This document shows positions 15,905 to 24,237 of a stretch of DNA of 64,000 nt, piece after piece. The notes beneath the pieces are model-generated. The model searched no databases and was not told the origin of the DNA. It saw only the letters and a list, made by a program, of their open reading frames with translations. A program made the translations under genes and the position numbers. The stretch comes from Candidatus Brennerbacteria bacterium (GTDB lineage: Bacteria; Patescibacteriota; Minisyncoccia; UBA6257; GWB1-50-10), in contig JAZDNP010000013.1 of the NCBI GenBank assembly GCA_043799565.1, positions 5,847 through 69,846 on the forward strand, written 5' to 3'. Within the stretch, counting starts at the first letter, position 1. Each line of letters starts with the position of its first letter.

Positions 15905-16396
15905 ATAAATAACCAAATCACCGCGCGGGAACTTAGGGTCATTGACGCGGAGGGGAAAAACCTCGGCGTGCTCTCCTTTGCGGAGGCGCTGAAAAAAGCG
16001 AACGAAGCGGGCCTGGATCTCATTGAGATTACCGCAACCGCGAACCCCCCTATCGCCCGTATCCTCTCCTACGACAAGTTCCGCTATCAGAAGGAAAAGG
16101 AGGAGAAGAAACAGCGGCAGGCGGAGAAGGTGGTGGAACTGAAGCACGTTCGGATAACCCCTCGCGCCGGAAAGAACGACCTTGAGATAAAGGCGAAGAA
16201 GACGGCGGATTTTTTGGAAGAGGGGCACAAAGTGGAACTTATGATATTTTTGCGGGGACGGGAAAAGGGCAAGAAGGAATGGGGGCTCATGAAGCTGAAA
16301 GCGTTCCTCCCTATGATAACCGTGCCGCACGTGATAACGATGGAACCGAAGTTCGCGGGACGAGGATTTGTGATGCAAGTGGAGAAGAAGAAATAA
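15905..16396 (+). CDS. infC: translation initiation factor IF-3 with a non-AUG (ATA) start
   Basis: The in-frame upstream extension reads INNQITARELRVIDAEGKNLGVLSFAEAL..., matching the IF3 N-terminus. The first sense codon is ATA; atypical IF3 starts are the known autoregulatory feature. Confidence 0.75.
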   Translation: MNNQITARELRVIDAEGKNLGVLSFAEALKKANEAGLDLIEITATANPPIARILSYDKFRYQKEKEEKKQRQAEKVVELKHVRITPRAGKNDLEIKAKKTADFLEEGHKVELMIFLRGREKGKKEWGLMKLKAFLPMITVPHVITMEPKFAGRGFVMQVEKKK

Positions 16397-16400
16397 TATT

Positions 16401-16580
16401 ATGACCAAAACAAGGAAAAGCGTCCGCGACCGTGTGCGGGTGACGAAGAACGGAAAGGTGATGCGCCGCGCCATGGCGCTCGGCCACTCGCGCGGAAACA
16501 AAAGTTCAAAGCAAATGCGCCGGAAAAGTTTGGCGCGCGGATTGGACGACGGCGCAAAGATAGTGAGAAAATACCTCTAA
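16401..16580 (+). CDS. rpmI: 50S ribosomal protein L35 (59 aa, below the ORF-track cutoff)
   Basis: MTKTRKSVRDRVRVTKNGKVMRRAMALGHSRGNKSSKQMRRKSLARGLDDGAKIVRKYL, in the conserved infC-rpmI-rplT order. Confidence 0.8.
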   Translation: MTKTRKSVRDRVRVTKNGKVMRRAMALGHSRGNKSSKQMRRKSLARGLDDGAKIVRKYL

Positions 16581-16581
16581 C

Positions 16582-16926
16582 ATGACACGCGTAAAACGGG
16601 GAAAAATTGCACATAAGAAGCGCGAGCAGCTCCTGAAGTTCACTAAGGGATTTAAGTGGGGACGGAAAGCGAAGGAACGCGCCGCAAAGGAAGCGCTCCT
16701 CCACGCGTGGAGCCGGAGCTTTAAGGGAAGAAAAGAAAAGAAACGGGAGTACCGCGCGCTCTGGAATGTCCGGGTAAACGCAGGTGCAAGGGCAGAGGGA
16801 ATGAAGTACAGCACCCTTATCGCCGCATTGAAGAAGAAGGGAGTGAAGTTGGACCGTAAGATACTCGCCATGCTCGCAAAGGACCATCCGGCAGTATTTA
16901 AGAAGGTGGTTGAGTCGGTAAAGTAA
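16582..16926 (+). CDS. rplT: 50S ribosomal protein L20
   Basis: MTRVKRGKIAHKKREQLLKFTKGF... signature; a terminator hairpin follows at 16933-16960. Confidence 0.9.
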   Translation: MTRVKRGKIAHKKREQLLKFTKGFKWGRKAKERAAKEALLHAWSRSFKGRKEKKREYRALWNVRVNAGARAEGMKYSTLIAALKKKGVKLDRKILAMLAKDHPAVFKKVVESVK

Positions 16927-16960
16927 CAGAACAAAAACGCCCCATTTAGGGGCGTTTTTG

Positions 16961-17263
16961 TCACTTTCCAAAGCGTTTCAAATCCACCTTCCCTCTCTCC
17001 ACTACCACTCCTTCCTTTCGAAGGAGTTTAATTTTCGTGTTCGTGCCGCCCGCAAATCCACCGACCGAACCATCGCTTCTCACCACGCGGTGGCACGGCA
17101 CCCTCGGCATCCCAGGGCTTTTGTTCAGCGCATTCCCCACCGCGCGCACGGCGCGGGGGTTATGCAGTAGTTGGGCCAGCTTTTGGTATGTTACGACCCT
17201 GCCGCGGGGAATTTTGGTCGTGAGAGTGTGTACTCTTTCGGTGAACGACGGTGTCGTATGCAC
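16961..17263 (-). CDS. methylated-DNA-protein-cysteine methyltransferase, DNA-binding domain only
   Basis: 100 aa with the PCHRVV active-site motif of Ogt/MGMT; it lacks the N-terminal domain. Confidence 0.6.
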   Translation of the reverse strand: MHTTPSFTERVHTLTTKIPRGRVVTYQKLAQLLHNPRAVRAVGNALNKSPGMPRVPCHRVVRSDGSVGGFAGGTNTKIKLLRKEGVVVERGKVDLKRFGK

Positions 17264-17690
17264 TTTTTACATGACGCTTAAGATTCGGCGCCCGCACGAC
17301 TTTGAGCGCTTCCTTGAGCGCAAACCATCCATATCCTTCGTGGCGCTCTCCTTGGTGATTTGGCGGAACGATTTTCAGCTTCACTTCGGCTTTCTTCGTC
17401 TCCGCGAGATAATAGGTTACCGTTTTCCGTATTTTCTGGCGGTCTCTGACATACGTGAAATGGTCGGCGACGCGGAACCAGCTCCGGAATTGAAGATCCC
17501 GGATGGAGAGCCCCGTTTCTTCTTCCACCTCGCGCAGCGCCGCCTTAAAATTTTTTTCCCCTTCGTTCAGCTTGCCTTTGGGAAAATTCCAATAGGAGCC
17601 GCCGCTGTAGAGGAGTAAAAACTTCGGCCCCTCTTTCGTGCGCCGATAAATAATCATCCCCGCGGATATTTCTCGCTTTTCTTCGGTCAT
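17160..17690 (-). CDS. NUDIX hydrolase
   Basis: Nudix box GKLNEGEKNFKAALREVEEETGL. Start taken at MTEEKREISAGMIIYRR, 2 nt after the upstream gene's stop; its 3' end overlaps the MGMT-like gene by ~104 nt. Confidence 0.6.
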   Translation of the reverse strand: MTEEKREISAGMIIYRRTKEGPKFLLLYSGGSYWNFPKGKLNEGEKNFKAALREVEEETGLSIRDLQFRSWFRVADHFTYVRDRQKIRKTVTYYLAETKKAEVKLKIVPPNHQGERHEGYGWFALKEALKVVRAPNLKRHVKSAYDTVVHRKSTHSHDQNSPRQGRNIPKAGPTTA

Positions 17691-17694
17691 ACGG

Positions 17695-18327
17695 CTATCG
17701 ATGGTGTGCTCCCCGCTCGGGAATGGCATTTTCCGCGGACTCCTTCCTAAACACATAATTCCGAAGCGGGAGAAGAAGAAGTGACGCAAATATGCCGAAA
17801 CATCCCGCGCCGATAAAGATCGCGCGGAATCCGAACGCGTCCACCACGAACCCTCCCACCGCCGCGGCAAACGCATAGGCCATGCCTACCGCAAAAACGC
17901 TCTGCAAACTCCACTCAAACCCTATGCGCCACTTGTCCACGTGGCGGGTAAAGATGGCATACCACCCCGGTACTGCAAATGCCATCGTGAGTCCGAGAAA
18001 TCCCTGGAGTACGTAGATGTGCCACGCTTCGGTCGCAAAAAGATATCCGAACGGAACGAACGCAGAGAAAAAGTATCCGAAGAAAAGCGCCCAAAAATCG
18101 TCCCGCTCTCCGTCGGTTTTATCAAGAAATCGCGCGATGGGAAGTTGCACCAACGACTTCACCACCCAGTAGGTGGTGGTCGCGAGCCCTGCAACCGCCG
18201 CCGAACCCCCCTCAATGCTTCCCATGATGAAGATGGCGAATACCGGACCGAACGAGCCGAATGCGCTGTTGTAGAAGAAATCCACAGCCACAAGTGTTTT
18301 CACTACCCGATTGATGTTGGTGAACAT
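17695..18327 (-). CDS. 6-TM membrane protein resembling half of an MFS transporter
   Basis: 210 aa, about six hydrophobic helices with Gly/Ala-rich helices typical of MFS. Confidence 0.4.
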   Translation of the reverse strand: MFTNINRVVKTLVAVDFFYNSAFGSFGPVFAIFIMGSIEGGSAAVAGLATTTYWVVKSLVQLPIARFLDKTDGERDDFWALFFGYFFSAFVPFGYLFATEAWHIYVLQGFLGLTMAFAVPGWYAIFTRHVDKWRIGFEWSLQSVFAVGMAYAFAAAVGGFVVDAFGFRAIFIGAGCFGIFASLLLLPLRNYVFRKESAENAIPERGAHHR

Positions 18328-18330
18328 AAT

Positions 18331-20832
18331 TTAAGAATGATTTTGGAAAACGAATGCCTCGCCTTCATACACGAGTGAGATCTTCATACCTCGCACCAGC
18401 TCACGCCTCAGTATCTTCTCCGCAAGCACTCCTTTCACGTGCTCCGAAATCGCCTGTCGCAAGGGACGCGCGCCGAACACGGGGCTCCATCCGCGCCGTG
18501 CAACTTCCGCTACCGCGCTTTCATGAATGGTAAGGTTGATGCCGTGGGCCTCCCGCAACGTATCCGAAACCTCCTGGATAAGAATCGCGGCAATCTTCTC
18601 TACCTCGCTTTGCATAAGATTCCGAAAAACAATGATATCAGAAAAACGATTGATAAGCTCCGGCTTGAAATAGGTGGTAAGCCGCTTTTTCAGCTCCAGC
18701 GCAATATCCTCGCTTTTATTCCCTTTTTCTATTTCTTCTTTGATGAAATCCGAGTGGGCGTTGGACGTCGCGATGATGATGGTATTCGTAAAATCCGCGG
18801 TGCGCCCCAAGCTGTCGGTGAGCCGCCCGTCGTCAAACACCTGGAGGAAGAGATTCAAAATGTCCGGGTGTGCCTTTTCAAACTCGTCCAAAAGGATGAG
18901 CGAATAGGGAAGCGCGCGCACCGCATCGGTCAACGCACCCGTCCGTGAACCGTCCGGATTCCCGATAAAACGCTGGATGGAGTCCTTCGTCTGAAACTCC
19001 GACATATCAAAGCGGTGCATCGCGGATGCGGTGTTAAATTGAACTTTGGTAAGTATCTTCGCAAGCTCCGTTTTCCCGACACCCGTCGGTCCCACGAAAA
19101 GGAATGTGGCAATGGGTCCTCCTTTTCGCGTAAGACCGCTCCGATATTCCCGAAGCGCGCGGGATACCGCTTTCACCGCCGCTTCCTGGTTCACAAGGCG
19201 CTCATGAATGATGGATTCAAGATTCAAAAGCTTCTCGGCCTCTTTCTCGCTCGCCGCTTCTATCGGCACCTTGCTTTGCCTCTCCGCTACCGCGATGATA
19301 TGCGACTCGCCAAGTTCGCGCGCATCCTCCGCTGAAGCTTTCGCGAGCGCCTGCTTCAAAAGGTCCAAAGCGCTTCCGGGAAGTATCCGCGTTGCGAAAT
19401 AGCGGTGTGCGAGTTCAACCGCTTTTCTCACCGCACGGAACGTTACCGTTATGTTGAATTCGCGCTCCAAAAGAAGTGAGGTGTAGGTGAGAAAACGCGT
19501 TGCCTCCGCCGGAGTGATTTCGTCCACTTCCACCTTTTCAAACTGCTCCATAAAGTCGGAGCGGGATTCTATAATCTGCTTGAACTCCTTCGGGAACGTT
19601 TCCGCGATAACGGGGATGCTCTCGCTCCCGAGGATGGGAAGGAGCATGTTGATGGGGTCGATGCCTCTTTTTTCCTTGGTGTAAAAAAGTTCGTGCACGT
19701 TCGGTATGGAAAGCACGACATTCCCCGCCGCGAGCACTTCTTCCACGATTTTCTTCATACGTCCCGCCGCTTCCTCCGGCGCTACGTCCCCCACCAGTGC
19801 CCCCACGTGGAGCTCCACGAGGCGCCTATCAAAAAGCGCGGGCGGTACACGGTCTTTGATGATGCGGAACGCGAGGTGTGCGACCATGGTGGACTTTCCG
19901 ACGCCCGGTTCACCCACGAGAAGCGCATTCGGCTTCCCTGGTCTCGCGAGCACTTGGAGTAAATGCTCAAATTCTTTCTCGTGGCCTATAAGGAATCCGA
20001 CCTCCTCGGCCCGCGCAAGGTTGGTAAGGTCAATGCTGTACTGGTCAAGAGTCGGCGTAGGACGAGCGGTCCATGCCCGATTCATGGCACGTTTGCGGAG
20101 CGTGCGTGAGTGATGCGCAAAACCTCCGAGAACCGCGGGGATGCGCCGAAGTCCGGAAAATGTTCTCCGAAATCGGCCAAACACGACCGCTTCAATCGCA
20201 TCTTCCGAACTTATCTCGTGGAGCCCAAAAAGGTTCGGGAGGGGCGCTTTGGGATGTGCGGCAAGCGCGGCAAAAAAGCTCCTCGGCTCCACGAACCGTT
20301 CCTCCGTTCCAAGAGCAACGTAGTACGCACGCACCGCAAGCGTTTCGGCTTCCTTCAAAAGTTCCTCCTTGGACTCATTCCCCTTCCCTTCTTCCGACGA
20401 GAGAAGCGTACCTACTTCCTTCGCAAACACGTCCGGGCGCACGCCAAGCCGGCGAAGCGACTCCTTGATATCCGAGCGATGGGAAAGGTTTGAAAGAAAC
20501 ACGAGCGAGAAATTCTTTCCCGCGCCGAGGGCGTACCGGAACGAACGTTGGAACACGCGGTATGCGGCGGGCGTGAGCGCCTGACGCACATTTACCGAAC
20601 CTTCTTTGAATTCCGCGAGTGTCCGCTCCCCCTCGCGCAAATGGAACACACGGTCAATAAGAAAAAGCGCAATAAATACTCCGAGTGCACGGGCTGAAAC
20701 GGCATCGGTGGTGAGAAGCACCACGGCCGCCCCGATGAGTGCCGCGTACGATACCGCGGTAAACAGACGCACTAGGAATTCTCCTCCCGTACTGAATCCA
20801 AAACGTGCGTCGCGAAAGAAAATGTTCGTCAT
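18331..20832 (-). CDS. Clp-family double-AAA+ ATPase (ClpA/ClpC-like) with an N-terminal membrane anchor
   Basis: D1 Walker A LVGEPGVGKST; D2 Walker A FVGPTGVGKTE, Walker B ILLDEFEKAHPD, sensor GARPLRQAI. Two TM helices replace the Clp N-domain. The D1 Walker B region reads VVLSIPNVHE, with no hhhhDE. Start taken at MTNIFF (20832), whose ATG overlaps the upstream gene's stop (ATGA). Confidence 0.8.
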   Translation of the reverse strand: MTNIFFRDARFGFSTGGEFLVRLFTAVSYAALIGAAVVLLTTDAVSARALGVFIALFLIDRVFHLREGERTLAEFKEGSVNVRQALTPAAYRVFQRSFRYALGAGKNFSLVFLSNLSHRSDIKESLRRLGVRPDVFAKEVGTLLSSEEGKGNESKEELLKEAETLAVRAYYVALGTEERFVEPRSFFAALAAHPKAPLPNLFGLHEISSEDAIEAVVFGRFRRTFSGLRRIPAVLGGFAHHSRTLRKRAMNRAWTARPTPTLDQYSIDLTNLARAEEVGFLIGHEKEFEHLLQVLARPGKPNALLVGEPGVGKSTMVAHLAFRIIKDRVPPALFDRRLVELHVGALVGDVAPEEAAGRMKKIVEEVLAAGNVVLSIPNVHELFYTKEKRGIDPINMLLPILGSESIPVIAETFPKEFKQIIESRSDFMEQFEKVEVDEITPAEATRFLTYTSLLLEREFNITVTFRAVRKAVELAHRYFATRILPGSALDLLKQALAKASAEDARELGESHIIAVAERQSKVPIEAASEKEAEKLLNLESIIHERLVNQEAAVKAVSRALREYRSGLTRKGGPIATFLFVGPTGVGKTELAKILTKVQFNTASAMHRFDMSEFQTKDSIQRFIGNPDGSRTGALTDAVRALPYSLILLDEFEKAHPDILNLFLQVFDDGRLTDSLGRTADFTNTIIIATSNAHSDFIKEEIEKGNKSEDIALELKKRLTTYFKPELINRFSDIIVFRNLMQSEVEKIAAILIQEVSDTLREAHGINLTIHESAVAEVARRGWSPVFGARPLRQAISEHVKGVLAEKILRRELVRGMKISLVYEGEAFVFQNHS

Positions 20833-21182
20833 TGGCTTTGGGGTACAAATGCGAGCACGAGAAGGAGCGGAGGGATGAGAAGCCATACTATGTACGCACC
20901 AAGCGCCACCACCAAGAAAACCGCGTAAATCGCGCTCGCGACGAGAAAACGGAGGCTCCGGAACATAAACCCGAGTACGTACCCGACGATAGAATAGTCG
21001 CCGTAGAGCGGATGGAAAAGATGCCGCGCGGTGATACGCCACGCGAAAAAGTAGTCCAACCGCTCAAGACGGTTCAGCACAAAATTGAAGTAGATCTTTG
21101 CGCTCTTTACGTACCAATGACGGAGAAATTCCGCTATTCGGTATACCGCTCGGCGGAACACATATATAAGTGCCGCACTCAT
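20829..21182 (-). CDS. small membrane protein translationally coupled to the Clp-like ATPase
   Basis: 117 aa with two C-terminal TM helices; the stop/start overlap is caATGAcg. Confidence 0.4.
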   Translation of the reverse strand: MSAALIYVFRRAVYRIAEFLRHWYVKSAKIYFNFVLNRLERLDYFFAWRITARHLFHPLYGDYSIVGYVLGFMFRSLRFLVASAIYAVFLVVALGAYIVWLLIPPLLLVLAFVPQSQ

Positions 21183-21190
21183 CCCGCTTA

Positions 21191-21817
21191 TTATGGCGAG
21201 AATAAGGTCTTTTGAGAAGAAGGTGATTTGCTTTCGGAAGGCACCGCCCCGCCCCGAGAAAGCTCTTCGTAGCGGGTAAGGATGTCGGGCAATTTCGTGA
21301 AACTTCCGCGAAGGAGCGTGAGCGTTCCCGTGCCCCGAAGTGCTGCCGCAGGATGGAACATGGGATATACGAGATAATCCCCTACCCTGAAAAGTTTCCC
21401 TTGGTCACGACTTATCTTCCCGGTTGGCAAAAAATAGTTCATGGAAAAGCGGCCAAGCGGCGCAATAATCTTCGGCCTCAAAATTTCCAGCTGGCGTGCA
21501 AGATACGGACGGTACGCCTCGATTTCTTCAGGGCTCGGGTCGCGGTTGTCGGGCGGGCGGCGCTTCACGATGTTCGTGATGTACACCTCGCTGCGCTTCC
21601 AGCCGAGTTCCTCAATGAGTTTATTCAAAAGTTGTCCTGCGCGCCCCACGAAAGGACGTTTTTGTAGATCTTCGTTCATCCCCGGTGCTTCGCCGATGAA
21701 ACACACCGCCGCATCGGGGCTCCCCTCGCCAAACACGAGGTTTGCACCCCGCAACGGAAGCTCGGCTTCGCGTTCCATTTCCACTTCCAACGCCTTCAGT
21801 GCTTCAACCTTATTCAT
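21191..21817 (-). CDS. uracil-DNA glycosylase, family 4
   Basis: GEAPGMNEDLQKRPFVGRAGQLL motif and the HPAAALR-type C-terminal motif. Confidence 0.8.
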   Translation of the reverse strand: MNKVEALKALEVEMEREAELPLRGANLVFGEGSPDAAVCFIGEAPGMNEDLQKRPFVGRAGQLLNKLIEELGWKRSEVYITNIVKRRPPDNRDPSPEEIEAYRPYLARQLEILRPKIIAPLGRFSMNYFLPTGKISRDQGKLFRVGDYLVYPMFHPAAALRGTGTLTLLRGSFTKLPDILTRYEELSRGGAVPSESKSPSSQKTLFSP

Positions 21818-21821
21818 AGTG

Positions 21822-21893
21822 TGCCCTCATGAGGAGTCGAACCTCAATTTCCAGCTTCGGAGGCCAGCGTCCTATCCATTGAACGATGAGGGC
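21822..21893 (-). tRNA. tRNA-Arg (anticodon CCG)
   Basis: Reverse complement folds as acceptor GCCCUCA/UGAGGGC, anticodon loop CUCCGAA (U33, CCG, A37), T-arm UGAGG-UUCGACU-CCUCA, discriminator A. Confidence 0.7.
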
Positions 21894-23151
21894 CTTGCGC
21901 CCATAGTATCCCCAAAACGCCCCACAACATCAACCTCCCCGCGGGAAGCGTCCAGAGAAAATGATCAAAGAGACCGGCAATGAGAAGCGCAACGAAAAGC
22001 GCGCCGATCGCTCCCCGCTCAAGTGTCGGCATGCCGCTCCGGAGAAGTATGAGCACAGAACTCGCGATAATTGCGAGGAAGAGTACGAGTCCCACGATGC
22101 CGGTCTCCGCGCCGATTAAAAGATAAAGATTGTGAATGGGTTGCACTTCGTACGCGCGCACGAGACCGCGTGCCCGATACAATCCTTCAGCCTCCGCCTG
22201 CCCCATCGCATTCCCTATCCCCACCCCTTCGGGATGCCGGAGCATGAGAGAAAGCGCGATGCCGTTATATGCAAGGCGTGAACTCACCGATGGCTCGGAA
22301 AACGAAACGGACGCCCGGGGCATAACCACCCACGAAAACATTCCAAAAAGCGCGAATGCCGATATAGCGAGCGTAAGTAAAAGAGAAACCGCGCGCCGCC
22401 GAAATACCTTATCGGAATATCCCACGAAAAGGAGGAACGCGAGACCGAAGAAGGCCGCAAGCCATCCCGACCGCGAGAAGGTGAGCGTGAGACCAAGAAG
22501 TAAGACGAATAAAATACCTCCCAACGCTCCGCGGAGAAGCGGGCGCTCCTGCTTCAGGAAAAGGAACCCTGAAGCACACGAAGCGAGCGCGAGGAAAAGC
22601 GCCAATATATTCGCGTGCGCCATGGTGCCGTAGGCACGGAGGAAACGCGAACCTTCGGCCGCGATGCGCGCCACCCCTGTCGTTTCCGCCGTAATGGCCG
22701 ACTCGCCAAGATAGCGGAGTCCTACACTCTCGCCGGTCAAAAACTGAAGCGTGCCGACCGCGGCCTGAAAAAGTCCGCTCCCCACAAGCGCCCATGCAAC
22801 ATCACGCCACGAAACAAGCCCTCGTTCAAATCCCGCACGGACAGCCGCCCACGCAAGAAGTCCGAACGCAAAACGTCCCGCATGGAGAAGCGAAAGCGGT
22901 GCAAGACCCGAAAGCGCAGGTGAAAGAAACGCGAGCGCGGCGAATGCGCCGAGCACCACGGGAATTTCATACTTCACATTCTTCAAAAAGAGTGCGAGGA
23001 GGATAAGAAGGAGGTCCGTCCCATAGAGAAACACACTTCCATATTCCGAGATGCCCCCACCTCCATCGCCGATAAACTTTCTCGTTCCGAGTGGTATTGC
23101 AATAAAAAGACCTATGAGGAGGGTGCGCGTAATGATATTTCTAGTATTCAT
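21844..23151 (-). CDS. O-antigen ligase / Wzy-family polytopic membrane protein
   Basis: About 10 TM helices and an HNLYLLIGAETGIVG Wzy_C-like block. Start taken at MNTRNI (23151); the 3' end overlaps tRNA-Arg by ~50 nt. Confidence 0.55.
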   Translation of the reverse strand: MNTRNIITRTLLIGLFIAIPLGTRKFIGDGGGGISEYGSVFLYGTDLLLILLALFLKNVKYEIPVVLGAFAALAFLSPALSGLAPLSLLHAGRFAFGLLAWAAVRAGFERGLVSWRDVAWALVGSGLFQAAVGTLQFLTGESVGLRYLGESAITAETTGVARIAAEGSRFLRAYGTMAHANILALFLALASCASGFLFLKQERPLLRGALGGILFVLLLGLTLTFSRSGWLAAFFGLAFLLFVGYSDKVFRRRAVSLLLTLAISAFALFGMFSWVVMPRASVSFSEPSVSSRLAYNGIALSLMLRHPEGVGIGNAMGQAEAEGLYRARGLVRAYEVQPIHNLYLLIGAETGIVGLVLFLAIIASSVLILLRSGMPTLERGAIGALFVALLIAGLFDHFLWTLPAGRLMLWGVLGILWAQGPHRSMDRTLASEAGN

Positions 23152-23305
23152 ATGAGTTCGAAATGCACCACGATAAAATAAAAAAGGCCCGTTCCCGCGC
23201 CTATTCGCGTCACCACGTACGGCAACGCAAATACTCCTCCATAATGACGACCCCCGCGAGCGTACTCGCGGCGAGCGCGACCCGGTGCACGCATAGCGCA
23301 AAACC

Positions 23306-23596
23306 TTACGCCTCGTACACGTGGTCGCCCTCTCTGACCTTTCCTTCCACCTTAATGCCTACTTCCTGGCCCTTCTTCGCTTCAGGAATATCTTGGTGGT
23401 CATATTGCATTGAGCGGATGGATTCCGAAAAGTCGGTGGTAGCGCCCTTGAAGCGTACCTTGGTTCCTACCGCAACGGTTTTCGCAAATCGCACAATCGC
23501 GACGTTGATACCGCCGAAGTAGTGAGTCACTTCACCGATAGGCTTCCCTTCTGGTGCAGAATTTTTCTTTGAGAAAAGTGATGAAAAAAATCCCAT
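23306..23596 (-). CDS. small hypothetical protein (beta-barrel-like, unassigned)
   Basis: 96-aa ORF with no recognisable family. Confidence 0.3.
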   Translation of the reverse strand: MGFFSSLFSKKNSAPEGKPIGEVTHYFGGINVAIVRFAKTVAVGTKVRFKGATTDFSESIRSMQYDHQDIPEAKKGQEVGIKVEGKVREGDHVYEA

Positions 23597-23606
23597 TGAT
23601 TGTTAT

Positions 23607-24230
23607 TTACAGTATTCGACCTTTGACTCCATATTTCTCCTCCTCTGATTCTACGAGGTCTAGGAGGCGAGTAACAAGTGTCTCAGAATCCTTCGCAAAT
23701 ACCACCTTTCCCATCCCGCGGTGGGATTTCATAAGGAGCTCACGGATAAGGTCCGCAGTGCCTCCCGAGCCCTCAAGAACTCCGACCGGCTTCTGGTCCT
23801 CAAAAGCGATGGTGAACTCGTTCAGGGTTCCGATGCGCCCACATACCACGATGATTGCGTCCGAAGAGCGCGTGAGAAGCAGGTTTCGCCCCGAGTAATC
23901 AAACCCCGTGTAAACCACCACGTCGTGGTAATCCAGTGGCAATCGGTAGGTTTTCACATGCGCCACCTTGGATGACGCGGGCGAAAGCCCTATCACGGTG
24001 CCTCCCGCCGCTTTTGCTCCCTTCGCCGCCCAGTAAGGAATGCCCGTCGTAGCTCCTGTCATGAGCACGAGCCCATGTTGCGCAATAATCTTCCCCAATT
24101 CCTCCGCGCGTTCAAGCGCATCGGGAGGGCAGTGTCCGGTTTCCGCTGCACCCGAAACACAAAACTTGTACTTCAAACTGTGCCGGTGATTTCCGTGGTT
24201 CCGTTCGGGAACCGCTTTCTTTGTCGCCAT
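23607..24230 (-). CDS. LOG/TIGR00725-family Rossmann-fold nucleotide-binding protein
   Basis: GATTGIPYWAAKGAKAAGGTVIGLSP and VVCGRIGTLNEF blocks resemble the LOG-family PGGxGTxxE region. Start taken at MATKK (24230). Confidence 0.5.
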   Translation of the reverse strand: MATKKAVPERNHGNHRHSLKYKFCVSGAAETGHCPPDALERAEELGKIIAQHGLVLMTGATTGIPYWAAKGAKAAGGTVIGLSPASSKVAHVKTYRLPLDYHDVVVYTGFDYSGRNLLLTRSSDAIIVVCGRIGTLNEFTIAFEDQKPVGVLEGSGGTADLIRELLMKSHRGMGKVVFAKDSETLVTRLLDLVESEEEKYGVKGRIL

Positions 24231-24237
24231 GAAGAGA

